Assembly (NCBI GenBank): GCA_964242115.1
Contig: CAXSZX010000001.1
Coordinates: 634,020 to 698,019 of the forward strand
Direction of reading: 5' to 3'
Source of the DNA: an uncultured Acetobacteraceae bacterium
GTDB taxonomy: Bacteria; Pseudomonadota; Alphaproteobacteria; Acetobacterales; Acetobacteraceae
Length of the DNA: 64,000 bases
Shown: positions 29,493 through 39,685 of the stretch, piece after piece
Layout: each line of letters begins with the position of its first letter
How positions within the stretch are numbered: the stretch's first letter is position 1
Program-made: the position numbers and the translations under genes
Notes under the pieces: generated by a model
What the model saw: the letters and a program-made list of their open reading frames with translations, nothing else
The model's database searches: none
What the model was told of the DNA's origin: nothing

Positions 29493-30860
29493 ATGGCCTA
29501 CTCTGCCTGGTTCAACCCTGGGTCCTGGTTCAGTTCCGCGGCGGGACGCGCCGCGCAGGACGCACCGTCGATTGCCGCCACCCGGCTGGCAACGGTGGCG
29601 GATGCTCCCAACGACATCGGCAATCCGGTTTCGGCAACCGCGCCGCCGAACGACGGCGTCGTCATCATCGAATTCGACCTCGGCAGCCAAGGTTACCAGG
29701 CCAGCGGCGTGCTGATCTCGCCCGACGAAGTGCTCACCGCCAGCCACGTCGCCTACGAAACCGGCGTGGGCGTCGCCACCAACATCGTGGTCAGCAGCGG
29801 CTACAACGGTTACGGCGGCTACGCCACGTCGCAGTCGACCGGCACCGTGACCCACTACAACCCGATCGACGACGCCAACGGCATGGAGACGCTGGCGACC
29901 TCGCAGAACGACTACGCGATCATCCACCTCGCCCACCCGTTCACCGGCGTGACCAAGTTCTCCCTGATCTCCGATTACGGCGACACCGCGCCGCAGCAGA
30001 CTGTCACCGCCACCACCTCCGGCTATCCGGGTGAGCGGGACGGCGTGCAGATCGGCTACACCGGCTACGACAGCGTCGACCCCGGCCTGACGCTGTATGG
30101 CGGCGCATCGATCGGGGAGGGGTCGAGCGGCGGCCCGGTCTGGATCACCAACACGGACGGCCAGCCCACGGTGATCGGCCTGGTTTCCAGCTACGACCCG
30201 GACGTGTCCGACGACACCGTAAACGGCAACGACGTGCAGATCACCACCGGGGTTCTGCAGCAGATCGAAGCCTGGGTGGCCCAAGACGACGGAACCGGCC
30301 CGGCGCTGACGGTGTCCGACACCTCCAACGGCGAGCAGGTGGACCCGCAGGCCACCCCCTACAGCGGCCCGGTTGCCGGGCTGAGCGACCAATACCTCAA
30401 CATCAGCGCGGACAACCTCAACGTCACCGCCAACACCAGCAGTTGGTTCATCCACACCGGCAGCGGCGAGGACGCCATCGCCGCGTCGGGCGGCACCAAC
30501 GTGCTGGACGGCGGCACCGGCTCGAACTTCCTGGTGGGCGGCTCGGGCACCGACACGTTCTTCACCGACGACCGCAACGCCACGGCCTCGATCTGGGACA
30601 CCATCGCGAACTTCCACGCCGGCGACGCAGCCACCATCTTCGGCGTGACGCAGGCCGGCTTCTCGCTCGACTGGGTGGATGGCGAAGGGGCCGCCGGCTA
30701 CACCGGGCTGACGCTACACGCGATGGACGCCGGCAAGCCGGAAGCGTCGATCACCCTGTCGGGGTTCACCAGCGCTGCGCTGACAAACGGGCAGCTTTCG
30801 TTGAGCTACGGGTCGGATGGGCCGGGATCGCCGTATTTGTATATCTACGACAAAGGGTAA
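29493..30860 (+). CDS. Secreted trypsin-like serine protease with C-terminal RTX-like Gly-rich region
   Basis: LTASHV (His), NDYAII (Asp) and GSSGGPV (Ser) catalytic motifs. C-terminus has GGTGSNFLVGGSGTDTF. Confidence 0.65.
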   Translation: MAYSAWFNPGSWFSSAAGRAAQDAPSIAATRLATVADAPNDIGNPVSATAPPNDGVVIIEFDLGSQGYQASGVLISPDEVLTASHVAYETGVGVATNIVVSSGYNGYGGYATSQSTGTVTHYNPIDDANGMETLATSQNDYAIIHLAHPFTGVTKFSLISDYGDTAPQQTVTATTSGYPGERDGVQIGYTGYDSVDPGLTLYGGASIGEGSSGGPVWITNTDGQPTVIGLVSSYDPDVSDDTVNGNDVQITTGVLQQIEAWVAQDDGTGPALTVSDTSNGEQVDPQATPYSGPVAGLSDQYLNISADNLNVTANTSSWFIHTGSGEDAIAASGGTNVLDGGTGSNFLVGGSGTDTFFTDDRNATASIWDTIANFHAGDAATIFGVTQAGFSLDWVDGEGAAGYTGLTLHAMDAGKPEASITLSGFTSAALTNGQLSLSYGSDGPGSPYLYIYDKG

Positions 30861-30861
30861 G

Positions 30862-30994
30862 TAAGAAAGCGGTTCTTTTTTGAAAAAAAGAACCAAAAAA
30901 CTTTTGCTCGCTGTCGGGGACTCTCCCGCGAGCGCGCGACAGCTTCGAGAAAAGTGTTTTGCTTCTTTTTTTCAAAAAAGAAGGCCTTGCTTAC
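30862..30994. repeat. MITE/REP-like element, copy R15
   Basis: Starts 2 bp after the TAA stop of the protease. Confidence 0.85.
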
Positions 30995-31100
30995 CCATGC
31001 CGGCCGCATAGCCCTGCAATGCAACAACTCGATTGCAATCCGCAACAACCAGGCGCTTGATCCGCCCGAGCCCCATCCCGGGGCGATCCGGACCACTCCC

Positions 31101-33014
31101 ATGCTGTCCCCCGCCGAGCTGAACTGGGCCATCGCCGCCCTGCTCCTGCTTGGTCTGCTGCTCCTGCTGATCGCCGGCCGCACCTTCGTCTTCATCGCCA
31201 ACGACAGCTACGGCGTCGTCGAACGCCGCTGGTCGGTGGGCGGCACACCCGGCTCCGGCTTCATGGCCGCGCACGGCGGCCCAGGCTTCCTGCCCGCCAC
31301 CATCAAGGGCGGCTGGCACCGCTTCGCGCCGTTCCAATACCGCGTGCACCGGCAGAAGCTGATCACCGTGCGCAGCATCGGCTACCTGTTCGCCCGCACC
31401 GGCGCGCCGCTGGCCGAAGGTCAGGCCCTGGCTGCCTGGCCCGCCGACGTGGACCCAGGCGACGCCGCCGCCTTCCTGGCCCAGGGCGGCCAGGGCGGCC
31501 CGCAGCGCCGCATCCTGCGCGCCGGCACCTACGCCATCAACACCGCGCTGTTCGTGGTGCTGACCGACGACGGCGTCCACCAGATCCCGCTGGGCGACAC
31601 CGACCGCGCCAGCCAGATGCACGAACTGATCACCCACCGCGAGGGCTACACCCCGGTGGTGATCGACAGCGACCGCGTGGCCATCGTCACCGTGCAGGAC
31701 GGCCCCGCGCTGGACCACGACGAGATCATCGCCCCCACCGTCGGCACGGACGCGAAACTGCCCGCCGCCTTCCACAACTCGTTCCAGGACATCCCGCGCT
31801 TCCTGGCCGCAGGCGGGCGGCGCGGCCGGCAGGAACAGGTGCTGGTCGAAGGCACCTACTACATCAATCGCCTGTTCGCGACGGTGGAGATGACGACCAA
31901 GACGCAGATCGGCATCGGCAACGTCGGCGTGGTGATCAGCTTCACCGGCCCGCGCGGCGACGACCTCTCCGGCGAGGATTACCGCCACGGCAAGCTGGTG
32001 GCGCAAGGCCAGCGCGGCGTGTGGCAGACGCCGCTGCAGCCGGGCAAATACGCCATCAACCCGTTCGCGCAGGACGTGAAGCTGGTGCCGACGACGAACT
32101 TCCAGCTCCGCTGGATAGAGAACTCGACCACGGACATGCACAATTTCGACCAGAACCTGTCCGAGATACGCCTGATCACACGGGACGCGTTCGAGCCGAT
32201 CCTGCCGCTCTCGATCGTGGTGCACATCGCCCAGGACGACGCGCCCTACGTGGTCCAGCAGTTCGCCGAGATCGGCAAGCTGGTGGACCAGACTCTGGAC
32301 CCGATGGTGAGCGCCTGGTTCAAGGACGCCGCCCAGGAGATGACGCTGATCGAGCTTGTCAGCCGCCGCGCCGAACTGCAGTCCAAGGCGCTGGGCGAGA
32401 TGAAGCTGCGGTTTCAGAAATACCGCCTGCAGGTGATGGAGGTGATGATCGGCACGCCGCGCGCGATGGCCACCGACCGTCACATCGACACGGTGTTCGA
32501 GCAGTTGCGCATCCGCCAGGTGGCGCGCGAGCAGGCCGCCACCTACGCCAGCCAGGAGGAAGCGGCGCTGAAGGAGCGCGAGCTGAACGAGGCGCGAGCC
32601 ATCGCCCAGCAGCAGACCGCGCTGACCGCGTCGAAGGTCGCCATCGCGGTGGCGCAGAACGAGAGCGAGGCGCAACTGCAGCGCCGCGGCCGCGAGGCGG
32701 AGGGCATCAAGATCACCGCCGCCGCCGAAGCCGAGCGCACCCGCGTCAGCGGCCAGGCCGAAGCCGACCGCATCCGCGCGGTGGGCGAGGCGGAAGCCTC
32801 GGCCACCAAGGCGCAGTCCGACGCGCTGGGCGGGCCGGAGGTGGCGCTGCGCAAGATGGTGGCGCAGATCGCCGCCGACGCGATGCAGCACGCCAGCCAG
32901 CCGCTGGTGCCGCAGGTGGTGATCGGCGGGGAGGGAGGGACGTCGGGGATCGTCGACATGCTGATGGCGATGTCGCTGGCGGATGGGAAGCTGGGGCGGG
33001 CGTTAGGGAAGTGA
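31101..33014 (+). CDS. Flotillin-like SPFH/band-7 family membrane protein (YqiK-like)
   Basis: N-terminal transmembrane segment, SPFH region, and a long Ala/Glu-rich coiled coil (EAEGIKITAAAEAERTRVSGQAEADRIRAVGEAEA). Confidence 0.75.
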   Translation: MLSPAELNWAIAALLLLGLLLLLIAGRTFVFIANDSYGVVERRWSVGGTPGSGFMAAHGGPGFLPATIKGGWHRFAPFQYRVHRQKLITVRSIGYLFARTGAPLAEGQALAAWPADVDPGDAAAFLAQGGQGGPQRRILRAGTYAINTALFVVLTDDGVHQIPLGDTDRASQMHELITHREGYTPVVIDSDRVAIVTVQDGPALDHDEIIAPTVGTDAKLPAAFHNSFQDIPRFLAAGGRRGRQEQVLVEGTYYINRLFATVEMTTKTQIGIGNVGVVISFTGPRGDDLSGEDYRHGKLVAQGQRGVWQTPLQPGKYAINPFAQDVKLVPTTNFQLRWIENSTTDMHNFDQNLSEIRLITRDAFEPILPLSIVVHIAQDDAPYVVQQFAEIGKLVDQTLDPMVSAWFKDAAQEMTLIELVSRRAELQSKALGEMKLRFQKYRLQVMEVMIGTPRAMATDRHIDTVFEQLRIRQVAREQAATYASQEEAALKERELNEARAIAQQQTALTASKVAIAVAQNESEAQLQRRGREAEGIKITAAAEAERTRVSGQAEADRIRAVGEAEASATKAQSDALGGPEVALRKMVAQIAADAMQHASQPLVPQVVIGGEGGTSGIVDMLMAMSLADGKLGRALGK

Positions 33015-33032
33015 TGCCTCAACACTTGGCAG

Positions 33033-33112
33033 GGAAGGCAAGGCCTTCTTTTCTGAAGAAAAGAAGCAAAAGACTTTTGGTCCTGCTGTCGCGATGGTTC
33101 TGCAGCGCCCGC
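33033..33112. repeat. MITE/REP-like half element R16 (left arm + core)
   Basis: Starts 19 bp after the flotillin stop and is followed by the terminator hairpin. Confidence 0.75.
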
Positions 33113-33139
33113 GCCAGGCACAGGATGTTTTGCTGGTGA

Positions 33140-33172
33140 CCGCCTCAAGATCTTGAGGCGGCTTTCTTTCAA
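33140..33172 (+). terminator. Rho-independent terminator-like hairpin downstream of the flotillin gene
   Basis: Perfect palindrome CCGCCTCAAGA/TCTTGAGGCGG followed by CTTTCTTTC. Confidence 0.45.
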
Positions 33173-33283
33173 GAAGAAGCAAAAAGCTTTGTAAGGCTGT
33201 CGCGGACTCTTCCGTAGCGCGCGCCTAAGGAAACAAAAGTTTTTTGCTTCTTTTTTTCAAAAAAGAAGCGCTTGCCTAAACCT
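33163..33283. repeat. MITE/REP-like element, copy R17
   Basis: Degenerate left arm, core and canonical right arm. Confidence 0.75.
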
Positions 33284-34280
33284 CAGCCGCCCGCATCACC
33301 CTCAGAAAATTCCCGCCCCACAGCGCCGCGATCTCCGCGTGTCCATACCCGCGCCGTACTAGCTCAGCCGTGATGTTCGGCGACTCGCTCGCGTCCGCCC
33401 AGCCGGTGATCGCGCCGCCGCCGTCGAAGTCCGAGCTGATGCCGCAATGTGCCAGCCCGATGCGTTTGACGACGTAGTCGACGTGGTTGCAGAAATCGCC
33501 AACGCCGGTGGTGTCGGAACGACCCTTGGCACGCAGGAACGGCGGCATGGCGGTGATCTGCACCAGCCCCTCGGTGTCGCGCAGCGCGTCGAGCTGCATG
33601 TCGTCGAGGTTGCGCGGGTGGTCGCACAAAGCGGTGGCGCAGGAATGCGTGGCCACCACCGGCCTGGTGGAGAGCTGCAGCGCCTGCAGCATCGATTGGC
33701 GCGAAAGGTGGGAGACGTCCACCAGTATGCCCAGCCGGTTCATCTCGGTGACCGCCTCGCGGCCGAGCGGGGAGAGGCCGCCATGCAGCGTCTCCGCGTC
33801 GCCCAGGTCGCGCCGCGGGTTGGCGCTGTCCGCCAGCAGGTTGTGGCCGTTATGCGAGACGGTGATGTAGACCACGCCCAGCTCGCGCAGCCTGGCCAGG
33901 CGGGAGAGGTCCTCGCCGATGGCGTGGCCGTTCTCCACCGCGGGAATGATGGCCAGCGCGCCGTCCGCGTGCGCCTGCTCGATCTCGGCGGCGGTGGTGC
34001 ACACCCGCGCGGTGATGCCGAGCCTGGTCGCACCCATCGCGCGGATAGTCTCCAGCATGGCGGTAGCGCGCGCCCACGCCTCGTCGCACAAAGCCGCCGT
34101 GCGGGCGGTCTGCGGCACGAAGGCGGCGAAGCAGCCGGCGTCCAGCCCGCCGGCGCGCATCTTGGGCAAGTCGACGTGGCGCTGGGTGGGGCCGAACGGG
34201 TCGGGGGAGTGCGGCCAGGGGATGTCGATGTGGCTGTCCAGAGTCAGGATGGCGCGATGCAGCGCCGCGGCGTCGGTCAT
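33276..34280 (-). CDS. Membrane dipeptidase (M19, renal dipeptidase family)
   Basis: ILTLDSHIDIPW..., HNGHNLLADSA, HSCATALCDHPRN. Confidence 0.8.
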   Translation of the reverse strand: MTDAAALHRAILTLDSHIDIPWPHSPDPFGPTQRHVDLPKMRAGGLDAGCFAAFVPQTARTAALCDEAWARATAMLETIRAMGATRLGITARVCTTAAEIEQAHADGALAIIPAVENGHAIGEDLSRLARLRELGVVYITVSHNGHNLLADSANPRRDLGDAETLHGGLSPLGREAVTEMNRLGILVDVSHLSRQSMLQALQLSTRPVVATHSCATALCDHPRNLDDMQLDALRDTEGLVQITAMPPFLRAKGRSDTTGVGDFCNHVDYVVKRIGLAHCGISSDFDGGGAITGWADASESPNITAELVRRGYGHAEIAALWGGNFLRVMRAAEV

Positions 34281-34363
34281 TCTTGGCCCTAGAGTGGGGG
34301 TTGATGTTGCTACATAGGTGGGGCTGGCCGTGCTTGATGCACCGGGACGCGCAGCCTGGGAAG

Positions 34364-34519
34364 CAGAAGCAAGCGCCTTCTTTTTCGAGAAAAAGAAGCA
34401 AAAAGCTTTTGCGAGCGCTGTCGCGGACGGCTGAAACGACACCTTTCGACCCGGCGCACCTGACGTGCGCAAAAGTTTTTTGGTTCTTTTTTTCAAAAAA
34501 GAACTGCTTGCCTTGCCTC
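34364..34519. repeat. MITE/REP-like element, copy R18 (GCTGAAACGACAC subfamily)
   Basis: Seen directly in sequence. Confidence 0.85.
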
Positions 34520-34576
34520 CACTTGTTCTGCGCCTGGGCGCGTCCCTGATTAGCCCCAACCCCGCCGGAGACCACT

Positions 34577-35689
34577 GTGGACACCAACGTCACCGCCAGC
34601 ACCGACCTGTTCTCCCCCATCCAACTCGGCCCGATCGAGCTCGCCAACCGCATCGTCATGGCGCCGCTCACCCGCAGCCGCGCCCAGGCCGGCGGCGTGC
34701 AGGGCGAGCTGAACGCGACCTACTACGCGCAGCGCGCCAGCGCCGGGCTGATCGTCAGCGAGGCGACCAACATCTCGCCGCAGGGCCGCGGCTACGCGTT
34801 CACCCCGGGCATCTTCAGCCAGGCGCAGGTGGCTGGCTGGCGCATCGTGACCGACGCGGTGCACCAGGCCGGCGGCCGCATCTTCTGCCAGCTCTGGCAT
34901 GTCGGCCGCATCAGCCACCCGGACCTGCAGATCGACCAGGCGCTGCCGGTGGCGCCGTCCGCCATCCGCCCGACTGGCGTCAAGGCGTTCACCGAGGCCG
35001 GGCTGCAGCCGATCCCCACGCCGCGCGCGCTGCGCACGGACGAGATGCCCGGCATCGTCGCGGACTACGCGCACGCAGCCGAGTGCGCCAAGCGCGCCGG
35101 TTTCGACGGCGTGGAGATCCACGCCGCCAATGGCTACCTGATCGACCAGTTCCTGCGCAGCTCCACCAATTACCGCACCGACGGATACGGCGGCACGGTC
35201 GAGAACCGCGCCCGCCTGCTGGCCGAGGTCACCGAAGCGGTGCTGAAAGTGTGGGAGTCGGGCCGCGTCGGCGTGCGCTTCGGCCCGTCCAGCGCCGCCA
35301 ACGACATCTCCGACGACCACCCCCAGGCCACCTTCGGCTACGCCGTGGGCCTGATGGACCGCGCGAAGCTCGGCTACATCCACGTCATCGAGGGGCAGAC
35401 GCAGGGCCCGCGCGACGCCATCCCCGGCTTCGACTTCATGGCGCTGCGCCGGGCCTTTAGCGGCCTCTACATGGCCAACAACGCGCTGACGCTGGAGCTG
35501 GCGGAGGAGCTGCGCCGCAAGGACGCCGCAGACCTGCTGTGCTTCGGCCGCCCCTACCTCTCCAACCCGGACTTGGTCGAGCGTCTGCGCGACGGCGTGG
35601 CACTGGCCCCCGAGGCGCCGAAGGAGACCTGGTACGGCGGCCGCGAGAAAGGCTACACCGACTTCCCCCGACGCGACGGCACGGTCTAG
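34577..35689 (+). CDS. Alkene reductase / NADH:flavin oxidoreductase (Old Yellow Enzyme family)
   Basis: LANRIVMAPLTRSRA, QLWHVGR, HAANGYLIDQFL. Confidence 0.85.
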   Translation: MDTNVTASTDLFSPIQLGPIELANRIVMAPLTRSRAQAGGVQGELNATYYAQRASAGLIVSEATNISPQGRGYAFTPGIFSQAQVAGWRIVTDAVHQAGGRIFCQLWHVGRISHPDLQIDQALPVAPSAIRPTGVKAFTEAGLQPIPTPRALRTDEMPGIVADYAHAAECAKRAGFDGVEIHAANGYLIDQFLRSSTNYRTDGYGGTVENRARLLAEVTEAVLKVWESGRVGVRFGPSSAANDISDDHPQATFGYAVGLMDRAKLGYIHVIEGQTQGPRDAIPGFDFMALRRAFSGLYMANNALTLELAEELRRKDAADLLCFGRPYLSNPDLVERLRDGVALAPEAPKETWYGGREKGYTDFPRRDGTV

Positions 35690-35741
35690 ACCGGTGACGC
35701 AGGCGGGTCTGTCCTGCCTGCGTCAACACCGGGGCTGACCG

Positions 35742-36596
35742 ATGACCTACCTGCACGCCTTGCTGATCGCCGTCCTGCAGGGGGCGACGGAGCTGTTCCC
35801 GGTCAGCTCGCTGGGCCACGCGGTGCTGGTGCCGGCGATCCTCGGCTGGCACTTCGACCAGCACGCGCCGGTGTTCCTGCCATTTCTGGTGCTGCTGCAC
35901 TTCGGCACCGCGGCGGCGCTGCTGGGCTACTTCTGGCGAGACTGGTGGGCGCTGGGCATCGGCGTGATCGGCGCCTCAGGCCCCGTGCTGGCGCAGGAGA
36001 GCCGCCACATCCTGTTGCTTCTGGTGGTGGCCACCATCCCCGCCGTGCTGGTAGGCGCGGCACTGGAGCACAAGCTGCGCACGCTGTTCGGGGCACCGAT
36101 ACCGGTCGCCGCGTTCCTCGCCGCCAACGGCGTGCTGCTCATCGCCGGCGAACACCTGCGCCGCCGCGCCGCCGGACCCGGCGAGGCGCCCGTGCGGCCG
36201 CTGGCCACGCTCACCGTGGTGGACGCGCTGGTAATCGGCATCTGGCAGTGCCTGGCGCTGCTGCCGGGGCTTTCGCGTTCGGGGGCCACGATCACCGGGG
36301 GCCTGCTGCGCGGCATCGACCACGCGGCCTCGGCACATTTCTCGTTCCTGATCGCGCTGCCGATCATCCTGGCGGCGACGGTGCGCGAGGTGCCCAGCCT
36401 GCTGCACGCCAACGTGCCGGCGGGCACGTTCCAGGTGGCCAGCGTGGCCGCGGTGGTGGCGGGGCTGACCGCGCTGGCGAGCACCGCGTTCCTGATGCGC
36501 TACTTCCGCAGCAACGATAAGTGGGCGCTGGACCCGTTCGGGTATTATTGCATCCTGGCTGGTGGGGCCTGCTTGGTTTTCTTTTACGTTGGATAA
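35742..36596 (+). CDS. uppP: Undecaprenyl-diphosphate phosphatase
   Basis: LLIAVLQGATELFPVSSLGH, SRSGATITGG. Confidence 0.85.
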   Translation: MTYLHALLIAVLQGATELFPVSSLGHAVLVPAILGWHFDQHAPVFLPFLVLLHFGTAAALLGYFWRDWWALGIGVIGASGPVLAQESRHILLLLVVATIPAVLVGAALEHKLRTLFGAPIPVAAFLAANGVLLIAGEHLRRRAAGPGEAPVRPLATLTVVDALVIGIWQCLALLPGLSRSGATITGGLLRGIDHAASAHFSFLIALPIILAATVREVPSLLHANVPAGTFQVASVAAVVAGLTALASTAFLMRYFRSNDKWALDPFGYYCILAGGACLVFFYVG

Positions 36597-36747
36597 GCAA
36601 GCAGTTCTTTTTTGAAGAAAAGAATCGAAAAACTTTTGTCCCCGGGGTTTTGGTGATGTTGAGACTCGTCGTTTCACGCGTCCGCGACAGCGCGCGCAAG
36701 AGTTTTTTGCTTCTTTTTTTCAAAAAAGAAGGCCTTGCTTGCCTTGC
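36596..36747. repeat. MITE/REP-like element, copy R19
   Basis: Begins at the uppP stop codon. Confidence 0.8.
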
Positions 36748-36802
36748 CTTGTCTACGATCGCCGCCGCCGCGCTCCCCCCCGCAGCACTCCCCTACTCGC
36801 GC

Positions 36803-37459
36803 ATGGACCTCCCCTGGTGGCACCAGCGCTTCGCCGAAAAGCAGGTCGAACTGCACCACGGCCCGGTGGACCTCATCTGGCTCGGCGACAGCATCACCCA
36901 GGACTTCGAGCAGGCCGGCTCCGAACCCTGGCGCAACTTCAAGCCGGTTTGGGACCGCTTCTACGCGCCGCGCCACGCGGTCAACCTCGGCTTCAAGGGC
37001 GACGCCACCGCGCATCTGCTGTGGCGTATCGAGCAGGGCGAGACTACGGGCATCCATCCAAAGCTCGCGATCATTTTGATCGGGGCGAACAACTTCGGGC
37101 ACCTGCACTGGGCCGCGCAGCCGACGTTGGTCGGCATCGAGACCATCGTGGCCCGGCTGCACCAGCGCCTGCCCGAGACGAAAATCCTGTTGCTTGGCGT
37201 GTTGCCCAGCATTCGCAACGCGTGGGTTGACCGCAACACCGCCGAGCTGAACGAGGCTTTGGCGAAACGCTATGGCGACGGGCGCGAGTTGGTGTTTCGG
37301 GACCTGACAGCGCTGTTCATGAAAGATGGGCGGGTGGATGCGGGCGCGTTCCTGGACCCGCATCTTTCGCCGCCGGATCCGCCGTTGCATCCGAGCGCGC
37401 AGACGCAGGAGCGGATGGCGGAGGCTATCGAGCCGGATGTGCGGCGGTTAATGCAGTAG
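36803..37459 (+). CDS. SGNH/GDSL hydrolase (PAF-acetylhydrolase-like)
   Basis: LGDSIT, IGANN, DPHLS..H. Start is uncertain because the upstream sequence is repeat R19. Confidence 0.6.
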   Translation: MDLPWWHQRFAEKQVELHHGPVDLIWLGDSITQDFEQAGSEPWRNFKPVWDRFYAPRHAVNLGFKGDATAHLLWRIEQGETTGIHPKLAIILIGANNFGHLHWAAQPTLVGIETIVARLHQRLPETKILLLGVLPSIRNAWVDRNTAELNEALAKRYGDGRELVFRDLTALFMKDGRVDAGAFLDPHLSPPDPPLHPSAQTQERMAEAIEPDVRRLMQ

Positions 37460-37461
37460 GT

Positions 37462-37603
37462 AGCAAGGCCTTCTTTTTTGAAAAAAAGAAGCAAAAAATT
37501 TTTGTCCTCGCTGTCGCGGGAAGCTGAAACACCGCGCTTCATCAGCACCCACGCCAAGGAGACAAAAGTTTTTTGGCGTTTTTTCAAAAAAGAACCGCTT
37601 GCT
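37462..37603. repeat. MITE/REP-like element, copy R20
   Basis: Starts 3 bp after the SGNH hydrolase stop. Confidence 0.85.
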
Positions 37604-37607
37604 AGCT

Positions 37608-38084
37608 TTATGCCGCCAGCAGCTTCTCAGCCAGCGCAGTGTGCTTCTGGTCGGCTTCCTTTGCCTCGTCGGCCGACACTTTCATGTTCTGCGCCGTCTG
37701 CGTCAGGTTCAGGTTCGCCGCGTAATTCGCCATCGTGCCGAACGCGGCGATCCAGTAGTGCAGCGCCATCTGCCCGGCCGCGACGATGCCGAGGTCGCGC
37801 GTTGTGGCGTCAGGTGCTTTCTGGCGTATCTTCTTGCTGACGTCGAAGTGCGCTTCGAGCACCTCGTTGGGGATAGCCTGGCTGTTGCCGGCTTCGGCGA
37901 TGGCCTGGTCGATGCGTTGCGCCCACTGAGCTGCGGTCTTGTTGCCGGTCTCCAGCGCGGATTTCAGCTCCGGGTGGCTTGCGTCTTTCGCGATGTCGGC
38001 AGTGGCCATCTTGGCCACGTCGCTGCCTGACTTCATCGCCTGGAGACCTTGCGTCACCAGTGTCTTCAGTTCCTGATCTGCCAT
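37608..38084 (-). CDS. DUF892 (YciE/YciF-like) ferritin-like protein
   Basis: 158 aa; helical MADQELKTLVTQGLQAMKSGS... Confidence 0.7.
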   Translation of the reverse strand: MADQELKTLVTQGLQAMKSGSDVAKMATADIAKDASHPELKSALETGNKTAAQWAQRIDQAIAEAGNSQAIPNEVLEAHFDVSKKIRQKAPDATTRDLGIVAAGQMALHYWIAAFGTMANYAANLNLTQTAQNMKVSADEAKEADQKHTALAEKLLAA

Positions 38085-38176
38085 GTGGTTTCCTTTGTTG
38101 GCGCTCTACGCTGCGCCGGTGCGGAACGGGGCGCTGCGCGGCGTGGTTGCCATGGCGGTCAACACTTCGGCGCGAA

Positions 38177-38330
38177 GGCAAGCAAGGACTTCTTTTTCGA
38201 GAAAAAGAAGCAAAAAGCTTTTGCGTCCGCTGTCGCCGAGAACTGAAACACCAAGACTCCAAACGACGCGCCCAACAGAGACAAAAGTTTTTTGGTTCTT
38301 TTTTTCAAAAAAGAACTGCTTGCCTTGCTG
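38177..38330. repeat. MITE/REP-like element, copy R21
   Basis: Lies between the DUF892 gene and the permease 3-prime end. Confidence 0.85.
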
Positions 38331-39650
38331 TCAGACCCGCCGCCCCTGCATCACCAGCACAGCAAACCCCAGCACCAGGCAGGCTACAGCGGACACCCAC
38401 GCCGTGCGGTCGGATTGCGTCATCAGCCAGACGCACAGAGCGGTCGACGCCACCGCAATCCACATTCCGCCCGGCAGCGCCAGCGGGTGCGGCTGCTGGG
38501 TGATGCCGCGCCGGCGCAGCACCACGAGCGAGCCGGTGGTGAGCGCGTAGAGCATCAGCCGCGTCAGCGTGCTGGCGGTGACCGCGCCGAGGAACGTGCT
38601 GCCTACCGTCAGCGCCCAGGCGAGCAGTGTGTGGGCGAGCACCGCGGCCACCGGGGTTTCGAACCGTGGGTGCACGCGCGCCAGGACGGCGGGAAGCTGG
38701 CCGCCCTCGGCCATGGCGAAGACCAGCCGCGGGCCCATGAACAGGATGGTGAACAGCGTGCCGGACATCGAGACCACCGCGCCCACCGCCACCGCCGTGC
38801 CCGCGCGGCCGCCCAGCATGGCGACCGCACCGTCGAACAGCGGGCGGGTGGAGGCGGCGAGGTTAGGCACCACGCCGGCGCAGACCAGCAGGATGGCGGA
38901 GTAGAGCGCCACCACGGCGAGCATGCCGACAGCCAGGCCGAAGGGGACGTCGCGCCGCGGGTTGCGCATTTCCGCGCCGTTGACGACCGTGCTGTCCATG
39001 CCGATCAGCCCAAACAGCAGCAGCACCACGGCCGGCGCCCAGTGCGCCACGGGCGGGGCCGGCGGCAGGGCGCCTGGTTGCAGCGGCCAGAGAAACGCCA
39101 CACCTACGGCCACGAAGCCGCCGAGCAGCGCCAGCTTGGCCAGGGTGAAGGCGCCGTTAGCCCACGCGGAGAGTGCCACGCCGGAGGCGATGATGCCGCC
39201 CAGTCCCCAGGTGAGCGCGGTGATTGCCACGATGCGCCAGGCCGGGTGGGCCAGCGCTGGCAGCACACCGGACGCGTATCCCACGGCCAGGTTGGTGATG
39301 CTGGCGTAGGCGAGCAGCCGGGTGACCACGGCCAGCCATCCGGTGATGAAGGCGGTGCGCGGCCCGAACGCCGCGTTGGTGTAGAGGTAGGAGCCGCCGG
39401 TATCGGGCAGCCGGCTCGCCGCCTCCGCGTAGCAGGCGGCGACCAGGCCCATCAGGACGCCGCCGGCCAGGCAGGCCAGCACGCTGTAAGGGCCCACTAG
39501 CGCGTAGACCCGGCCGGGCAGGCCGAGTATGCCGGCGCCGATGGTGCTGTTGATGGTGATGGCGGTGAGGTCCCAGCGGCCGAGCGCTTTGGTGAGCTGG
39601 GGAGTTGCGTTGTCCAGTGGTCTGCCCTCGCGTCCGGTGTCGTGGTGCGA
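38331..39650 (-). CDS. APC family amino acid permease with an ambiguous 5-prime end
   Basis: Frame is open upstream of the track start 39497 and encodes the expected first transmembrane segment (LGRWDLTAITINSTIGAGILGLPG). There is no ATG/GTG/TTG upstream before the stop TGA at ~39665. Repeat R22 abuts. Confidence 0.6.
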   Translation of the reverse strand, partial: SHHDTGREGRPLDNATPQLTKALGRWDLTAITINSTIGAGILGLPGRVYALVGPYSVLACLAGGVLMGLVAACYAEAASRLPDTGGSYLYTNAAFGPRTAFITGWLAVVTRLLAYASITNLAVGYASGVLPALAHPAWRIVAITALTWGLGGIIASGVALSAWANGAFTLAKLALLGGFVAVGVAFLWPLQPGALPPAPPVAHWAPAVVLLLFGLIGMDSTVVNGAEMRNPRRDVPFGLAVGMLAVVALYSAILLVCAGVVPNLAASTRPLFDGAVAMLGGRAGTAVAVGAVVSMSGTLFTILFMGPRLVFAMAEGGQLPAVLARVHPRFETPVAAVLAHTLLAWALTVGSTFLGAVTASTLTRLMLYALTTGSLVVLRRRGITQQPHPLALPGGMWIAVASTALCVWLMTQSDRTAWVSAVACLVLGFAVLVMQGRRV

Positions 39651-39685
39651 GATGAGCGGCTTGGGTGCGGGCTGGCAAATTCAGG

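Noticed and set aside
30972-32891. 639-aa minus ORF antisense to the flotillin gene
   Set aside because: Same artefact class (the plus strand encodes a flotillin-like protein).
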